Source: a bacterium (GTDB lineage: Bacteria; Patescibacteriota; Minisyncoccia; Phycocordibacterales; UBA5272). Taken from it: 31,468 nucleotides of DNA. The translations under genes and the position numbers were made by a program. Shown here piece by piece: positions 1 to 8,572 of this stretch. Location: positions 1 to 31,468 of the forward strand of contig JAYVII010000046.1 in assembly GCA_043770395.1 (NCBI GenBank), given 5' to 3'. Position 1 is the stretch's first letter. Each line of letters begins with the position of its first letter. Under the pieces are notes generated by a model. That model was not told where the DNA came from. It saw only the letters and a program-made list of their open reading frames with translations, and made no database searches.

Positions 1-807
1 ATAATGGACATTGTCTAATTCATTAATATATTTAATCACAGTGTCATGACCTTTATTGGGATGATATTCGCCGATACTTACTAGGTTTATTTTACCATAA
101 TGAGGGCTATCTATAGTCTCACGAAGCTTGGGCAAAGTTATTTTTTCTTTTTGATTTATACCATTATATATAACTTTTATTTTTTTATTTAAATATTTCT
201 TAAAAAGATTATTCAGAAAAGCATTGTCTAGCAAGCTGTTTTTAGTATTATCTGAGACGCATATAGTTTTATGAGAAAGTATCACCGTAATTATCATCAT
301 AGTCTGAGTAAAGGCTCGCCAGAGAAGTGATCTATGTATTTCACTATGTGGCCAGCCATGAGCAGTGAAAATTATTTTGATATAATGTCTTTTGTTTTTT
401 TCGTAAGGGCGCGCGAAGCGCACTCTTATATTGTATGCTCGCGCAACGAGCGTCATCATAATAGAAATTTTGGAACTATTAACATGTATAACATCAGGCT
501 TTTCTTCTTTTAAAATATTATAAAATTCAAAAAGATTTTTTATACTTTTTAAAATATTAAAATCATTATTTAAATTTAATCTTTTAGTTTCTATTTTATT
601 TATTTTTTTATCTATATTTAAAATATTTGTTTGCTTAAAATTAAATTCCTCTATTTTTTCAAAAAGTATATTACTATTACCAGAAAGTCCGGCATATATT
701 TTAATGTCAAAACCAATGTCATTATTCAAGTTGGTGGCCAAGTCATATACATAGCGCTGAGAGCCGCCCCAATTTGACTTTGTGATGAAATATAGTATTT
801 TATACAT
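1..807 (-). CDS. Glycosyltransferase family 4 (GT-B), partial; runs off the left edge
   Basis: Manual translation of the minus strand from ATG at 807, open to position 1: MYKILYFITKSNWGGSQRYVYDLA...KEEKPDVIHVNSSK...IIFTAHGW...ICVSDNTK...KVIYNGI...VSIGEYHPNKG. These are typical GT4 motifs. Absent from the ORF track because there is no stop in the window. Confidence 0.92.
   Translation of the reverse strand, partial: MYKILYFITKSNWGGSQRYVYDLATNLNNDIGFDIKIYAGLSGNSNILFEKIEEFNFKQTNILNIDKKINKIETKRLNLNNDFNILKSIKNLFEFYNILKEEKPDVIHVNSSKISIMMTLVARAYNIRVRFARPYEKNKRHYIKIIFTAHGWPHSEIHRSLLWRAFTQTMMIITVILSHKTICVSDNTKNSLLDNAFLNNLFKKYLNKKIKVIYNGINQKEKITLPKLRETIDSPHYGKINLVSIGEYHPNKGHDTVIKYINELDNVHY
404..453 (+). 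repeat. Two tandem imperfect GC-rich hairpins with GAA and GCA loops inside the GT4 gene
   Basis: taagggcgcgc-GAA-gcgcactctta (404-428) and atgctcgc-GCA-acgagcgt (435-453), in a very AT-rich background. Confidence 0.5.
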
Positions 808-903
808 AAACTTGTTTAGATTCAATATTAATTATATAATAGATAGCATATTATAACAACATAATAAAAGTAATATTATAAACAGCAATACAAAATACAG
901 CAT

Positions 904-3621
904 ATGAATCAATTTCTTAAAGGTTTAATTTGGGTGTGTATAGGAGTAATTCCTTTCTTGGCTTGGATGGTGAGTGACAGTATGTTCTTCCCTTTTATTA
1001 CAGGTAAAAACTTTTTCTTTAGAGTTTTGGTAGAAATAGCCTTTGCCTCCTACCTTATACTTGCCATCAGAGAACCTATTTACAGATTGAAAGGTTCGAT
1101 AATGCTTTATATATATGGAGCTTTTATGATTATTATTGGCATAGCTGATTATATAGGAGTAGATAGCTATCTCAGTATGTGGAGTAATTATGAGCGTATG
1201 GAGGGCTATATTACTCACATACATTTATTTGCTTATTTTATCGTCTTGTATGCTTTCCTCAAAGAAGAGAAGTCTTGGAATAGATTGATGGGGCTATTTG
1301 TAGCGGCGAACGTACCTGTACTTATGGAGGGTCTATTACAGTTATTAGGTAGACCAGAATTCATTTTTGCTAAATGGGCCCCCACCTTACAACCAATACT
1401 TAAACAAGTTTATTCGGTGCATATGAGTGACTCATTACGTCTGGACTCATCACTTGGTAATGCTGCTTATTATGGTATATATACATTATTTAATTTGATA
1501 TTTGCCATACTTTTAATAGTAAAGGCCGAGAAATTTAATAAAAGTTTCTTAGACATAATGCTGAACAGAAACAGTGATAAGAAAAACAACGACTCAAAAC
1601 TAGAATTAATTTGGAATAAATTAAAATTTAATTTTAAAGGTATATTACATCTAGTAACTTTGATGCTGGCCTCGCTAGTGGTGCTATATAGTAATTATGC
1701 AACAGTTAAACAATATGGCAGTAGTTCTGCTATATATATAGCAGGTATGGTAGCATTGCTTATTTCTGTGTATTATTTCGCCAAAGATTATAATAATAGC
1801 AATATAGGAAAGGCTGTCTTGGGTATAATCGCCTTGTTCAACCTTACCCAATTGTATTATACCCAAACTCGTGGATCATATCTGGGGCTTATTGGTGGAG
1901 TATTGGTGGCCATATTATTGATCGTACTTTATAAAGTTAAAAAGAATATAGGCAAAAAAGTTAAAAATACCTTTACTCAATATTCTCTAACACTAATCTC
2001 ATTCCTATTAGTATTAGCAATAGTGGGCGAGTTTATATATGCTGGAGCAAAGTTTGTTAGCAACAATAAAGAAAGTAGCTTTGTTAAAAATAATGTGGTG
2101 CTCAATCGTCTGGCTACTATTAATATAATCAATCCTATTGCAGGATATAAATTAGTCAAAGATCCAAGTAATAATTATGAAGAACTTAATAATTATTTCG
2201 GAGACATCACAATCGTATCTCGCTTCCTCAATGCTAAAATAGCCATAGAAGGCTGGATGGAAAGGCCATGGTTTGGCTTTGGTCAAGAGAATTACAAAAA
2301 TATATTTGATAAGCATTTTGATCCTCGTATGTATTCGCAAGAGGCTTGGTTTGACCGTACTCACAATGTATTTTTTGACTGGTTGGTGGCGGGAGGAGCA
2401 TTAGGATTGGCTTTTTATCTGGCTTTATATCTTACGCCTTATTATATAATGTGGTTAGGAAGAAGCAAAAACAAATTTACTTTGGCAGAAAAGTCAGCTA
2501 TATCTGGATTGTTAGTGGCCTATTTCATACACAATATATTTGTGTTTGATAATCTCATCTCATATATATTATTCTTTATGTTGCTGGCTTATATAGGTAA
2601 TAAAGCCACAGCAGACCAAGAATCAAAGCATGTTCATTTAAAAGAAAGAACAGAAATAATTCTTTCCTCGGTAATAGGATTGATGTTGTTGGTAAGCCTT
2701 TACTTTGTAAATTGGTTGCCATATAGTACCAATTTAGCTTTATTTAAAGGATTGCAATATTCGGAAATATCTAGAATGATAGCTAATCAGGGTGGTGATC
2801 CTACTGCGGGTATCAAAGAAGTACAAAAGACTTTTACTTTTGCTGTAAACAATAATAACTTTGGTAAATTAGAATCTATAGAGCAATATATTACCAAGGC
2901 TTCTGAAGTAATAGCAATACAAACAACTAAAAGTGAAATTACTAATGAATTAAATGCTGCTAAAATGGCTATAGTCAGTGATGCATTTTCTGTGATGGAT
3001 AAGCATATAGCCTCCAACACTCTATCAGCCAGGACTCTAACAATATATGCTGGGTCATTGGCCCAATTAGGACTTTATGAAAAAGCTTTAATAGTAATAG
3101 ACAAAGCCTTGACTGTAACTCCCAAGAAACAAATACTACTTAATTTCAGAGCTCAATTGTTAATGTTGTTAAATAGAAAACAAGAAGCCTATAACACAGC
3201 CAAAGCTTCATATATACTAGATCCTACTTATAAAACTGCAGAAGATTTATTGTACAATACAGCAGGAGAAAGTAAAAATGGTAAAGACCTCAAAGCCACT
3301 CTAGACAAGTACAGATATATCAAGCCATCAGAAAAGATTAATAGTAATTTGCAGACCACTGAATATCAAAAAAATGTTTTGTTAAATAAAGACAATCAAA
3401 ATAAGCTACCAGTCTTTAATGAGAAATTATTTGCGGTATATGTACAAAGTAAAATGCCAGCAGAAGCCATAGCTATGTTAACAAATGCTCGCAGAGATAT
3501 TTACGTCGGTAAAGATCCTGCTACTATTAAAATTATAGCCAATGCAACTAGCACCAAAGACTTCCTTGCTAGATTAAAAACATTAGAAACAGAAATGTAT
3601 AAGACCATATACAAGAAATAA
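904..3621 (+). CDS. O-antigen ligase / oligosaccharyltransferase-like (Wzy_C) polytopic membrane protein with C-terminal TPR-like helices
   Basis: 905 aa with many hydrophobic segments; motifs SSLGNAAY, TQTRGSYLG, RPWFGFGQENY and DRTHNVFFDWLVAGGALG (conserved His). TPR-like C-terminus (LYEKALIVIDKALTVTPKKQ). Confidence 0.85.
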   Translation: MNQFLKGLIWVCIGVIPFLAWMVSDSMFFPFITGKNFFFRVLVEIAFASYLILAIREPIYRLKGSIMLYIYGAFMIIIGIADYIGVDSYLSMWSNYERMEGYITHIHLFAYFIVLYAFLKEEKSWNRLMGLFVAANVPVLMEGLLQLLGRPEFIFAKWAPTLQPILKQVYSVHMSDSLRLDSSLGNAAYYGIYTLFNLIFAILLIVKAEKFNKSFLDIMLNRNSDKKNNDSKLELIWNKLKFNFKGILHLVTLMLASLVVLYSNYATVKQYGSSSAIYIAGMVALLISVYYFAKDYNNSNIGKAVLGIIALFNLTQLYYTQTRGSYLGLIGGVLVAILLIVLYKVKKNIGKKVKNTFTQYSLTLISFLLVLAIVGEFIYAGAKFVSNNKESSFVKNNVVLNRLATINIINPIAGYKLVKDPSNNYEELNNYFGDITIVSRFLNAKIAIEGWMERPWFGFGQENYKNIFDKHFDPRMYSQEAWFDRTHNVFFDWLVAGGALGLAFYLALYLTPYYIMWLGRSKNKFTLAEKSAISGLLVAYFIHNIFVFDNLISYILFFMLLAYIGNKATADQESKHVHLKERTEIILSSVIGLMLLVSLYFVNWLPYSTNLALFKGLQYSEISRMIANQGGDPTAGIKEVQKTFTFAVNNNNFGKLESIEQYITKASEVIAIQTTKSEITNELNAAKMAIVSDAFSVMDKHIASNTLSARTLTIYAGSLAQLGLYEKALIVIDKALTVTPKKQILLNFRAQLLMLLNRKQEAYNTAKASYILDPTYKTAEDLLYNTAGESKNGKDLKATLDKYRYIKPSEKINSNLQTTEYQKNVLLNKDNQNKLPVFNEKLFAVYVQSKMPAEAIAMLTNARRDIYVGKDPATIKIIANATSTKDFLARLKTLETEMYKTIYKK

Positions 3622-3667
3622 ATAGAACAAAAGTAAGTATTTGTCACTTTAAACAAAATTATATTAT

Positions 3668-4843
3668 TTAAAGTTTAGTCACACTCCAATTACCATCAGC
3701 TCTGATATCGTTCAGGGCTTTTGGTTTTTTATTATAGGCTGCTATGGCTATCATAATAGAATTATCCGTTGACAGGCCTATACCAGGATAATACATATCT
3801 ACACCCTCTTCATTGCATAGTATTGATAATTGACTTTTGATATGAGTGTTGGCACTCACTCCACCTCCGACTATTAATGACTTAGTATTATATTCATAGA
3901 TAGCTTTTTCACACTTTTTAACTATTACATCAGTCACAGAATTTTCAAATTCCAAAGCCAGCTCTAATTTTATATTATTATCTATGTTGTCTATTTTTTT
4001 TATTATATTAGCTACGGCAGTTTTAAGCCCACTAAAAGAAAAATTAAGATCACCAGAATGTAACATGGGCCGAGGTAGGCGGAATTCATCACGCACTATC
4101 ATTTGTGACTTGCGAGCATATTCAGCCAAGCGACTAATTTCTGGGCCTCCCGGATAGGATAGACCCAGCATACGAGCGACTTTATCAAAAGCTTCTCCAA
4201 TGGCGTCATCGTGAGTTTCCCCTACCAACTCATATTTGGATATTTCAGAAAACCTAACAAGTTCGGTATGGCCTCCAGATATAAGTAATGCCAGAGCGGG
4301 GTATTTGGGTGTCACCATAGTATAATTGTCTGTTGAGCCACGAGATTCTAATAAGCTAGCTAGTATATGGCCTTCCATATGATTAATGGGTATTACCGGT
4401 ATATCCCAAACAATAGACAATGCCTTGGCAAAATTAACTCCCATCCATAGAGCAGGAGGCAATCCTGGTCCAGAAGTTACTGCTACGGCATCTATCTTTG
4501 GTTTTTCTATATTAGAAAGTAAATCCAAAATATTCTCAGCTAATTCTCTTTCTCTAGAAAATAATTCATATAACACATGTTGTTTGTCCTCTTCTATTAG
4601 CATTCTTCGCTCTTTGTACATCTTTGACTCCCCCAAGCATTTTAGAAGTAAAATAGGCAAAGCTTTGGCATGTTCACGTTTGGCTAGATCAGGGTATACA
4701 CCACCATATTCTTTATGGAGATCTATTTGGCTATTTAATTCATTAGCCAAGATATTAAAGCTATAATTATCTTTATTTTCTCTAATGTCTATTATTGATA
4801 TACCTGTTTCATCACAGCTAGTTTCTATACTAAGTACTTTCAT
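3668..4843 (-). CDS. tsaD: tRNA N6-threonylcarbamoyladenosine transferase TsaD
   Basis: IETSCDET, PINHMEGH (HxxxH), LLISGGHT, GEAFDKVARMLGLSYPGGP, FSFSGLKT, DNSIMIA. Confidence 0.97.
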   Translation of the reverse strand: MKVLSIETSCDETGISIIDIRENKDNYSFNILANELNSQIDLHKEYGGVYPDLAKREHAKALPILLLKCLGESKMYKERRMLIEEDKQHVLYELFSRERELAENILDLLSNIEKPKIDAVAVTSGPGLPPALWMGVNFAKALSIVWDIPVIPINHMEGHILASLLESRGSTDNYTMVTPKYPALALLISGGHTELVRFSEISKYELVGETHDDAIGEAFDKVARMLGLSYPGGPEISRLAEYARKSQMIVRDEFRLPRPMLHSGDLNFSFSGLKTAVANIIKKIDNIDNNIKLELALEFENSVTDVIVKKCEKAIYEYNTKSLIVGGGVSANTHIKSQLSILCNEEGVDMYYPGIGLSTDNSIMIAIAAYNKKPKALNDIRADGNWSVTKL

Positions 4844-4849
4844 GTTTAC

Positions 4850-4858
4850 AATATACCA
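4850..4858 (-). promoter_or_regulatory. Extended -10 (TGgTATATT) 6 nt before the tsaD ATG
   Basis: Minus strand reads TGGTATATT-gtaaac-ATG; no Shine-Dalgarno. Confidence 0.55.
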
Positions 4859-4883
4859 TAAAATGACGTTATTGTCTCGAATA

Positions 4884-4892
4884 TGCTAGTAT
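4884..4892 (+). promoter_or_regulatory. Extended -10 (TGcTAGTAT) 6 nt before the rlmH ATG
   Basis: TGCTAGTAT-gtataa-ATG(4899); back-to-back with the tsaD promoter. Confidence 0.55.
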
Positions 4893-4898
4893 GTATAA

Positions 4899-5324
4899 AT
4901 GAAAATAATATTGGCAAGTATTGGCAAAGCTCATGATGCAGAATATGCGGGACTCATCAATGAGTTTACAAATAGAATAAATAAATATATAGAAACAGAG
5001 TGGATGATAATTAATAGCGATGAAATCTTTTTAGAAAAAATAAAGTCGGATGATTATTTTATATTATTAGACGAAAGAGGTAAAGAGTTAGATAATAATA
5101 ATTTTTCCAAGCAAATAGAACAAGTCTATAATGGAGGCAAGAAGAGATTAATATTTTTAATAGGTGGTGCCTATGGAGTAAATGACAATATCAAAAGCAG
5201 GGCAAACTTCACTATGTCATTTTCTAAACTTGTATTTCCCCACATGCTAATGCGCGTCATGCTCGCCGAGCAATTATATCGTGCCCACACAATCATTAAA
5301 GGAGAGAAATATCATCATGAGTAA
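4899..5324 (+). CDS. rlmH: 23S rRNA pseudouridine-1915 N3-methyltransferase RlmH (SPOUT)
   Basis: ILLDERGK, FLIGGAYG, SFSKLVFPHMLMRVMLAEQLYRAHTIIKGEKYHH. Confidence 0.96.
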   Translation: MKIILASIGKAHDAEYAGLINEFTNRINKYIETEWMIINSDEIFLEKIKSDDYFILLDERGKELDNNNFSKQIEQVYNGGKKRLIFLIGGAYGVNDNIKSRANFTMSFSKLVFPHMLMRVMLAEQLYRAHTIIKGEKYHHE

Positions 5325-5338
5325 ATCAGGTCTACAAG

Positions 5339-5414
5339 TGGTGGGCGATAAGGGATTCGAACCCCTGACATCCACAACGTCAATGTGGCGCTCTACCAAC
5401 TGAGCTAATCGCCC
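5339..5414 (-). tRNA. trnV: tRNA-Val (anticodon GAC), CCA encoded
   Basis: Minus strand GGGCGATTAGCTCAGTTGGTAGAGCGCCACATT-GAC-GTTGTGGATGTCAGGGGTTCGAATCCCTTATCGCCCA-CCA: 76 nt, 7-bp acceptor stem, D arm, TTCGAAT T loop. Confidence 0.98.
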
Positions 5415-5423
5415 GATATAAAT

Positions 5424-5432
5424 ATTATAGCA
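5424..5432 (-). promoter_or_regulatory. Extended -10 (TGcTATAAT) of tRNA-Val
   Basis: Perfect TGnTATAAT 9 nt upstream of the mature tRNA 5' end. Confidence 0.6.
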
Positions 5433-5448
5433 TTTATTTTGAGAATTT

Positions 5449-5484
5449 AAAACGCGCAGGAAGCCTAAGCTTATTACGCGTTTT
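5449..5484 (-). terminator. Possible terminator between the orphan gene and tRNA-Val
   Basis: 8-bp inverted repeat aaaacgcg/cgcgtttt around a 20-nt interior, about 20 nt after the stop at 5503; only a short U run. Confidence 0.3.
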
Positions 5485-5502
5485 TTGCAATCTGGTCGCC
5501 AC

Positions 5503-5898
5503 CTACATGGAGACATTGGCTCTGCTGACTGGAGTATAGCCTACATCTTCCAGCCAATCATCGTCACCAGCAATGGGAATTTGGTATTCTGCTGTTGCCA
5601 TACGCACAGCAGACCAAGTCCTGCATATAGCCTGCAGACGAGGAAGTAGTTCCTCGGCCAGCGGAGCATACTCATCGGTACGGACAACCACACGGTGTTT
5701 GTGGTCGTGTATGCGGCCAGTGTCTGCAAGGGCTGGTTTGCCCGATACTGAGGTATAAACGGCGCGCAGAGCATCACCTGCAGAGTGTCCGTTCACTATT
5801 CTTGCAACAGCCAAGTTGTAAACATGTCTGTACGACACACTCTTGCCATCTGCGTCCACAATAGATAAAGCCGAGAGATCATTCGTATGACGGAACAT
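5503..5898 (-). CDS. Hypothetical protein, GC-rich, possibly a degenerate GNAT-like fold
   Basis: 131 aa ORF with its own promoter and GAGGA Shine-Dalgarno. Sampled lines 5641-5760 are 66/120 G+C. C-terminal WLEDVGY loosely resembles GNAT motif B (inference only). Confidence 0.7.
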   Translation of the reverse strand: MFRHTNDLSALSIVDADGKSVSYRHVYNLAVARIVNGHSAGDALRAVYTSVSGKPALADTGRIHDHKHRVVVRTDEYAPLAEELLPRLQAICRTWSAVRMATAEYQIPIAGDDDWLEDVGYTPVSRANVSM

Positions 5899-5927
5899 TT
5901 CGAATCCTCGGTGGTTTCGTTTAATCT

Positions 5928-5955
5928 ATTATACACCCAAAACATATTAAGTCAA
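5928..5955 (-). promoter_or_regulatory. Sigma70-type promoter TTGACT-N16-TATAAT for the orphan gene
   Basis: Minus strand ttgact-taatatgttttgggtg-tataat, followed by ...accGAGGAttcgaaATG. Confidence 0.65.
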
Positions 5956-5957
5956 GC

Positions 5958-6557
5958 CTAGTCCCTAATCTTATTTGCAATCAGTATCATCGAGAGGAAA
6001 TTTAATATACCCATAAAAGGCATAGTGATGAAGCCAAATATAAGTATGTCATTATTGTTGGAGCAGGCTGGCAATAGTGCAGAAGCGTCACAAGGCATAG
6101 ACATGATGTTGTCCAGTACGTATATATTAAAATGATAATAATAGTGATATACACCAATGGCCAACCCGATGCCAGCCAGTAGCATTATTATTTTATTGAC
6201 GTTGGTGATTTTATATTTTAATGATAATAGTGCTATGGGAAATATAGGAAATAACGCCACTCGTCCCCACCAACACATTTCGCAAGGTGCAGTTTTATAA
6301 ATGTACTCATATATTATCGCTCCTATTATAGAACCTCCAGAAATCGCGGCAATTGCTAATAAATAAAAAGTATCTCCGTTGGTTTTTTCTCTTTTATAAA
6401 GTCCAAATAAAGAAAAGATTTTGTTAATTATTTTAATTTTAAAGTCTATTATATTTTTAATAAAAGAGAATTTGTTTTCAAAAGTAATTAATAAAGAAAA
6501 ATTAAATATTAATACAGCGCCTATTGATAATATAGTAGAAAAGGTGGTGAGTGTCAT
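5958..6557 (-). CDS. dsbB: Disulfide bond formation protein DsbB family (start revised from 6590 to 6557)
   Basis: APCEMCWWGR (CxxC), second Cys pair MPCDASALLPAC, FGFITMP, multiple TM helices. ATG at 6557 overlaps the upstream stop (ATGA). Confidence 0.88.
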   Translation of the reverse strand: MTLTTFSTILSIGAVLIFNFSLLITFENKFSFIKNIIDFKIKIINKIFSLFGLYKREKTNGDTFYLLAIAAISGGSIIGAIIYEYIYKTAPCEMCWWGRVALFPIFPIALLSLKYKITNVNKIIMLLAGIGLAIGVYHYYYHFNIYVLDNIMSMPCDASALLPACSNNNDILIFGFITMPFMGILNFLSMILIANKIRD

Positions 6558-7567
6558 GTATATATTATAACATATCCTGTGCGAGAGCAAAGGTTTGATT
6601 CATTGCGTACTGCTATCATATTTTCACATTGAGGTGACCCAGAATAAGCATGTTTATCAAGACTTTTTAAGGTTTTATGTATCATATCTATTTTGTAAAT
6701 TTTAAATCCTGCATCTGATAATAAATTTATTATTTCTATAGTTTTATAATTAAACATCTCGGCATTTTTGTCATAAATTTCAAAAAATATAGCTTCGGTT
6801 TTTGTCAGTGTGTCCTTAGCTCCATTAAAAACTTGCAACTCATAACCCTCCACATCTATTTTTATCAAATTTATTTTTGAGAAAGTTAATTCGTCATCCA
6901 ATTTTTTTATTGGGACATATATTATGTTTTTGTTAGAAGATAAATTATTAGTTGTATAAGTCTTGCTATTTATTTTTTTATCTAGTTCTTCTTCTTGGTC
7001 GTTAGCGTCATTTATTACGTGATTGATATCGTCGTGATTCTCTATTGTAGAGAAGGCGACCTCGCCGTCACTATCACCGAGAGCAATATTGCGAGTGATG
7101 ATACGTGGTATCAAATTTTTATTATTTAATATTGACCTTGTCAAATATGTAAATGTCAGAGGGTGCGCCTCATAGGCTATTGTTAGTCCATCACGCGGAA
7201 TCGACGTGTCACTATATATAGAAGTATTATTAGCAGAAGTGGCGACTGTAGCACACAGTGTGGTCGTGCCTATATTGGCACCTATGTCTATATAGTTGTC
7301 GCCACTTTTTAAATAGGCCTTGAGGAATTCTTCATCGCCAGGATGGCGTATTATATCAGGATAAGTGTATAGCACTTGGGAGAATTGATTGGGAGCATAA
7401 TGCAAAAAGTAATTATGCCTCTTATATTTAAATATTGATAATGGTAAAAGGAAAGGTAGAAAGTCCCCAATTATAAAGACTATTTTAGACTTTATGAGAT
7501 GTAACAAAAATTTAAAAGAGGATTTGTGCCCCTTTATTTTTTTTATATTATTTATAATAAAATTCAT
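6554..7567 (-). CDS. FkbM-family SAM methyltransferase
   Basis: YIDIGANIGTTT, AYEAHP, NIALGD, LIKIDVEGYELQVFNGA. Confidence 0.92.
   Translation of the reverse strand: MNFIINNIKKIKGHKSSFKFLLHLIKSKIVFIIGDFLPFLLPLSIFKYKRHNYFLHYAPNQFSQVLYTYPDIIRHPGDEEFLKAYLKSGDNYIDIGANIGTTTLCATVATSANNTSIYSDTSIPRDGLTIAYEAHPLTFTYLTRSILNNKNLIPRIITRNIALGDSDGEVAFSTIENHDDINHVINDANDQEEELDKKINSKTYTTNNLSSNKNIIYVPIKKLDDELTFSKINLIKIDVEGYELQVFNGAKDTLTKTEAIFFEIYDKNAEMFNYKTIEIINLLSDAGFKIYKIDMIHKTLKSLDKHAYSGSPQCENMIAVRNESNLCSRTGYVIIYT
6564..6572 (-). promoter_or_regulatory. Extended -10 (TGtTATAAT) 6 nt before the dsbB ATG
   Basis: TGTTATAAT-atatac-ATG, lying inside the 3' end of the upstream FkbM gene. Confidence 0.6.
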
Positions 7568-7587
7568 GTTATAATATATTGTAACAT
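7566..7587. promoter_or_regulatory. Near-palindromic 22-bp pair of overlapping divergent extended -10 boxes
   Basis: atgttataatatattgtaacat matches its own reverse complement at 20/22 positions; TGtTATAAT on plus and TGtTACAAT on minus. Confidence 0.45.
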
Positions 7588-7605
7588 AAAAATAAAATAT
7601 ATAAT

Positions 7606-8559
7606 ATGTACATAATATTCTCTAAGTGTAAAAAAATATTTATATTCTTTTGCAAAGTTATAAAATTTTTTAAGAATTATTTGTTTAAAGATCCTGTTTT
7701 TGTTTTTAAATACTTCTTTGCTTACTTTCAAAGTGACTATGTACCACATGCTAAATTCTATAGCACAGAAGAATTCATGACAGAAATAAAAAAGGGGAAG
7801 AGCTTTGTCAGAATAGGTGATGGAGAAATAGGTCTATTGCATCATCGTGATATACATTATCAAAAAGCTGATCCATTATTAATTTCAAAACTGAAAGAGA
7901 TTATAGAAAATTATGGAAAAGAAAATACAGAAACAGATTTAAATTATAAAGAAAATATCGAAACAAAAATAGAAAAAAATAAAAACAAAAGTTATAACTA
8001 CATATTGAGTATTCCTATATTTGTAAATACATCAAATAAAGATTTAGAAAATACTAAAGGAAAGTTATCTTGTTGGCTGCCGCTCAAGGTGGAATTTTTT
8101 AGAAGGTTTAATCAAGAAGCTAAATATTTTGATGCTCACGCTTTCTACAGGAAAGACTTCTTTGAAAAGTATATGTATGACTATCTCAAAGATAAAAAGT
8201 TAATAATAAATACAAAAGCAGAAACTATAAATAATCAAAAAGAAAACATAGAGAAAATGTTTGATGTGCTGGGGTGGATAGAGTCCAAATCATCAAATTC
8301 TTTTGATGATTATGAAGAGACAAAAGAGAAAATACAAGACCTAATAGATAGAGAATTATCTTTGAAAAATAAATTGAAATTAGGTATAGTCAAAAAAGAA
8401 ACAGAAAATATTAAAAAAGATATAGTCCTCATACTAGCGTCTGGCCCCATGAGTAAAGTGTTGTCTTATGATTTTGCTCAGCAGGGTATACAAGGCATTG
8501 ATATTGGTAAGGGCTTTGAGCAATTGTATAATGAGGTGGATTATGAGGAGGAGATATGA
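7606..8559 (+). CDS. GT-D fold (DUF1792-like) glycosyltransferase
   Basis: KSFVRIGDGEIGLL signature, ILASGPMSKVLSYD, IDIGK. Confidence 0.8.
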   Translation: MYIIFSKCKKIFIFFCKVIKFFKNYLFKDPVFVFKYFFAYFQSDYVPHAKFYSTEEFMTEIKKGKSFVRIGDGEIGLLHHRDIHYQKADPLLISKLKEIIENYGKENTETDLNYKENIETKIEKNKNKSYNYILSIPIFVNTSNKDLENTKGKLSCWLPLKVEFFRRFNQEAKYFDAHAFYRKDFFEKYMYDYLKDKKLIINTKAETINNQKENIEKMFDVLGWIESKSSNSFDDYEETKEKIQDLIDRELSLKNKLKLGIVKKETENIKKDIVLILASGPMSKVLSYDFAQQGIQGIDIGKGFEQLYNEVDYEEEI

Positions 8560-8572
8560 TAAAATTACTAAC

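Noticed and set aside
1-903. Apparent 900-bp non-coding AT-rich region (possible oriC or ncRNA)
   Set aside because: Positions 1-807 are an open GT4 frame on the minus strand, and I saw no DnaA-box cluster.
5274-5516. 80-aa ORF on the minus strand
   Set aside because: It reads through tRNA-Val and is antisense to the end of rlmH; spurious.
5339-5960. Integrative element at tRNA-Val
   Set aside because: No integrase and no duplicated tRNA 3' end; the GC-rich gene lies on the 5' side of the tRNA.
8468-8572. Longer carbamoyltransferase N-terminus and GAGGAGGAG as a Shine-Dalgarno
   Set aside because: It overlaps the GT-D gene, and GAGGAGGAG (8545-8553) is simply its Glu-Glu-Glu codons.
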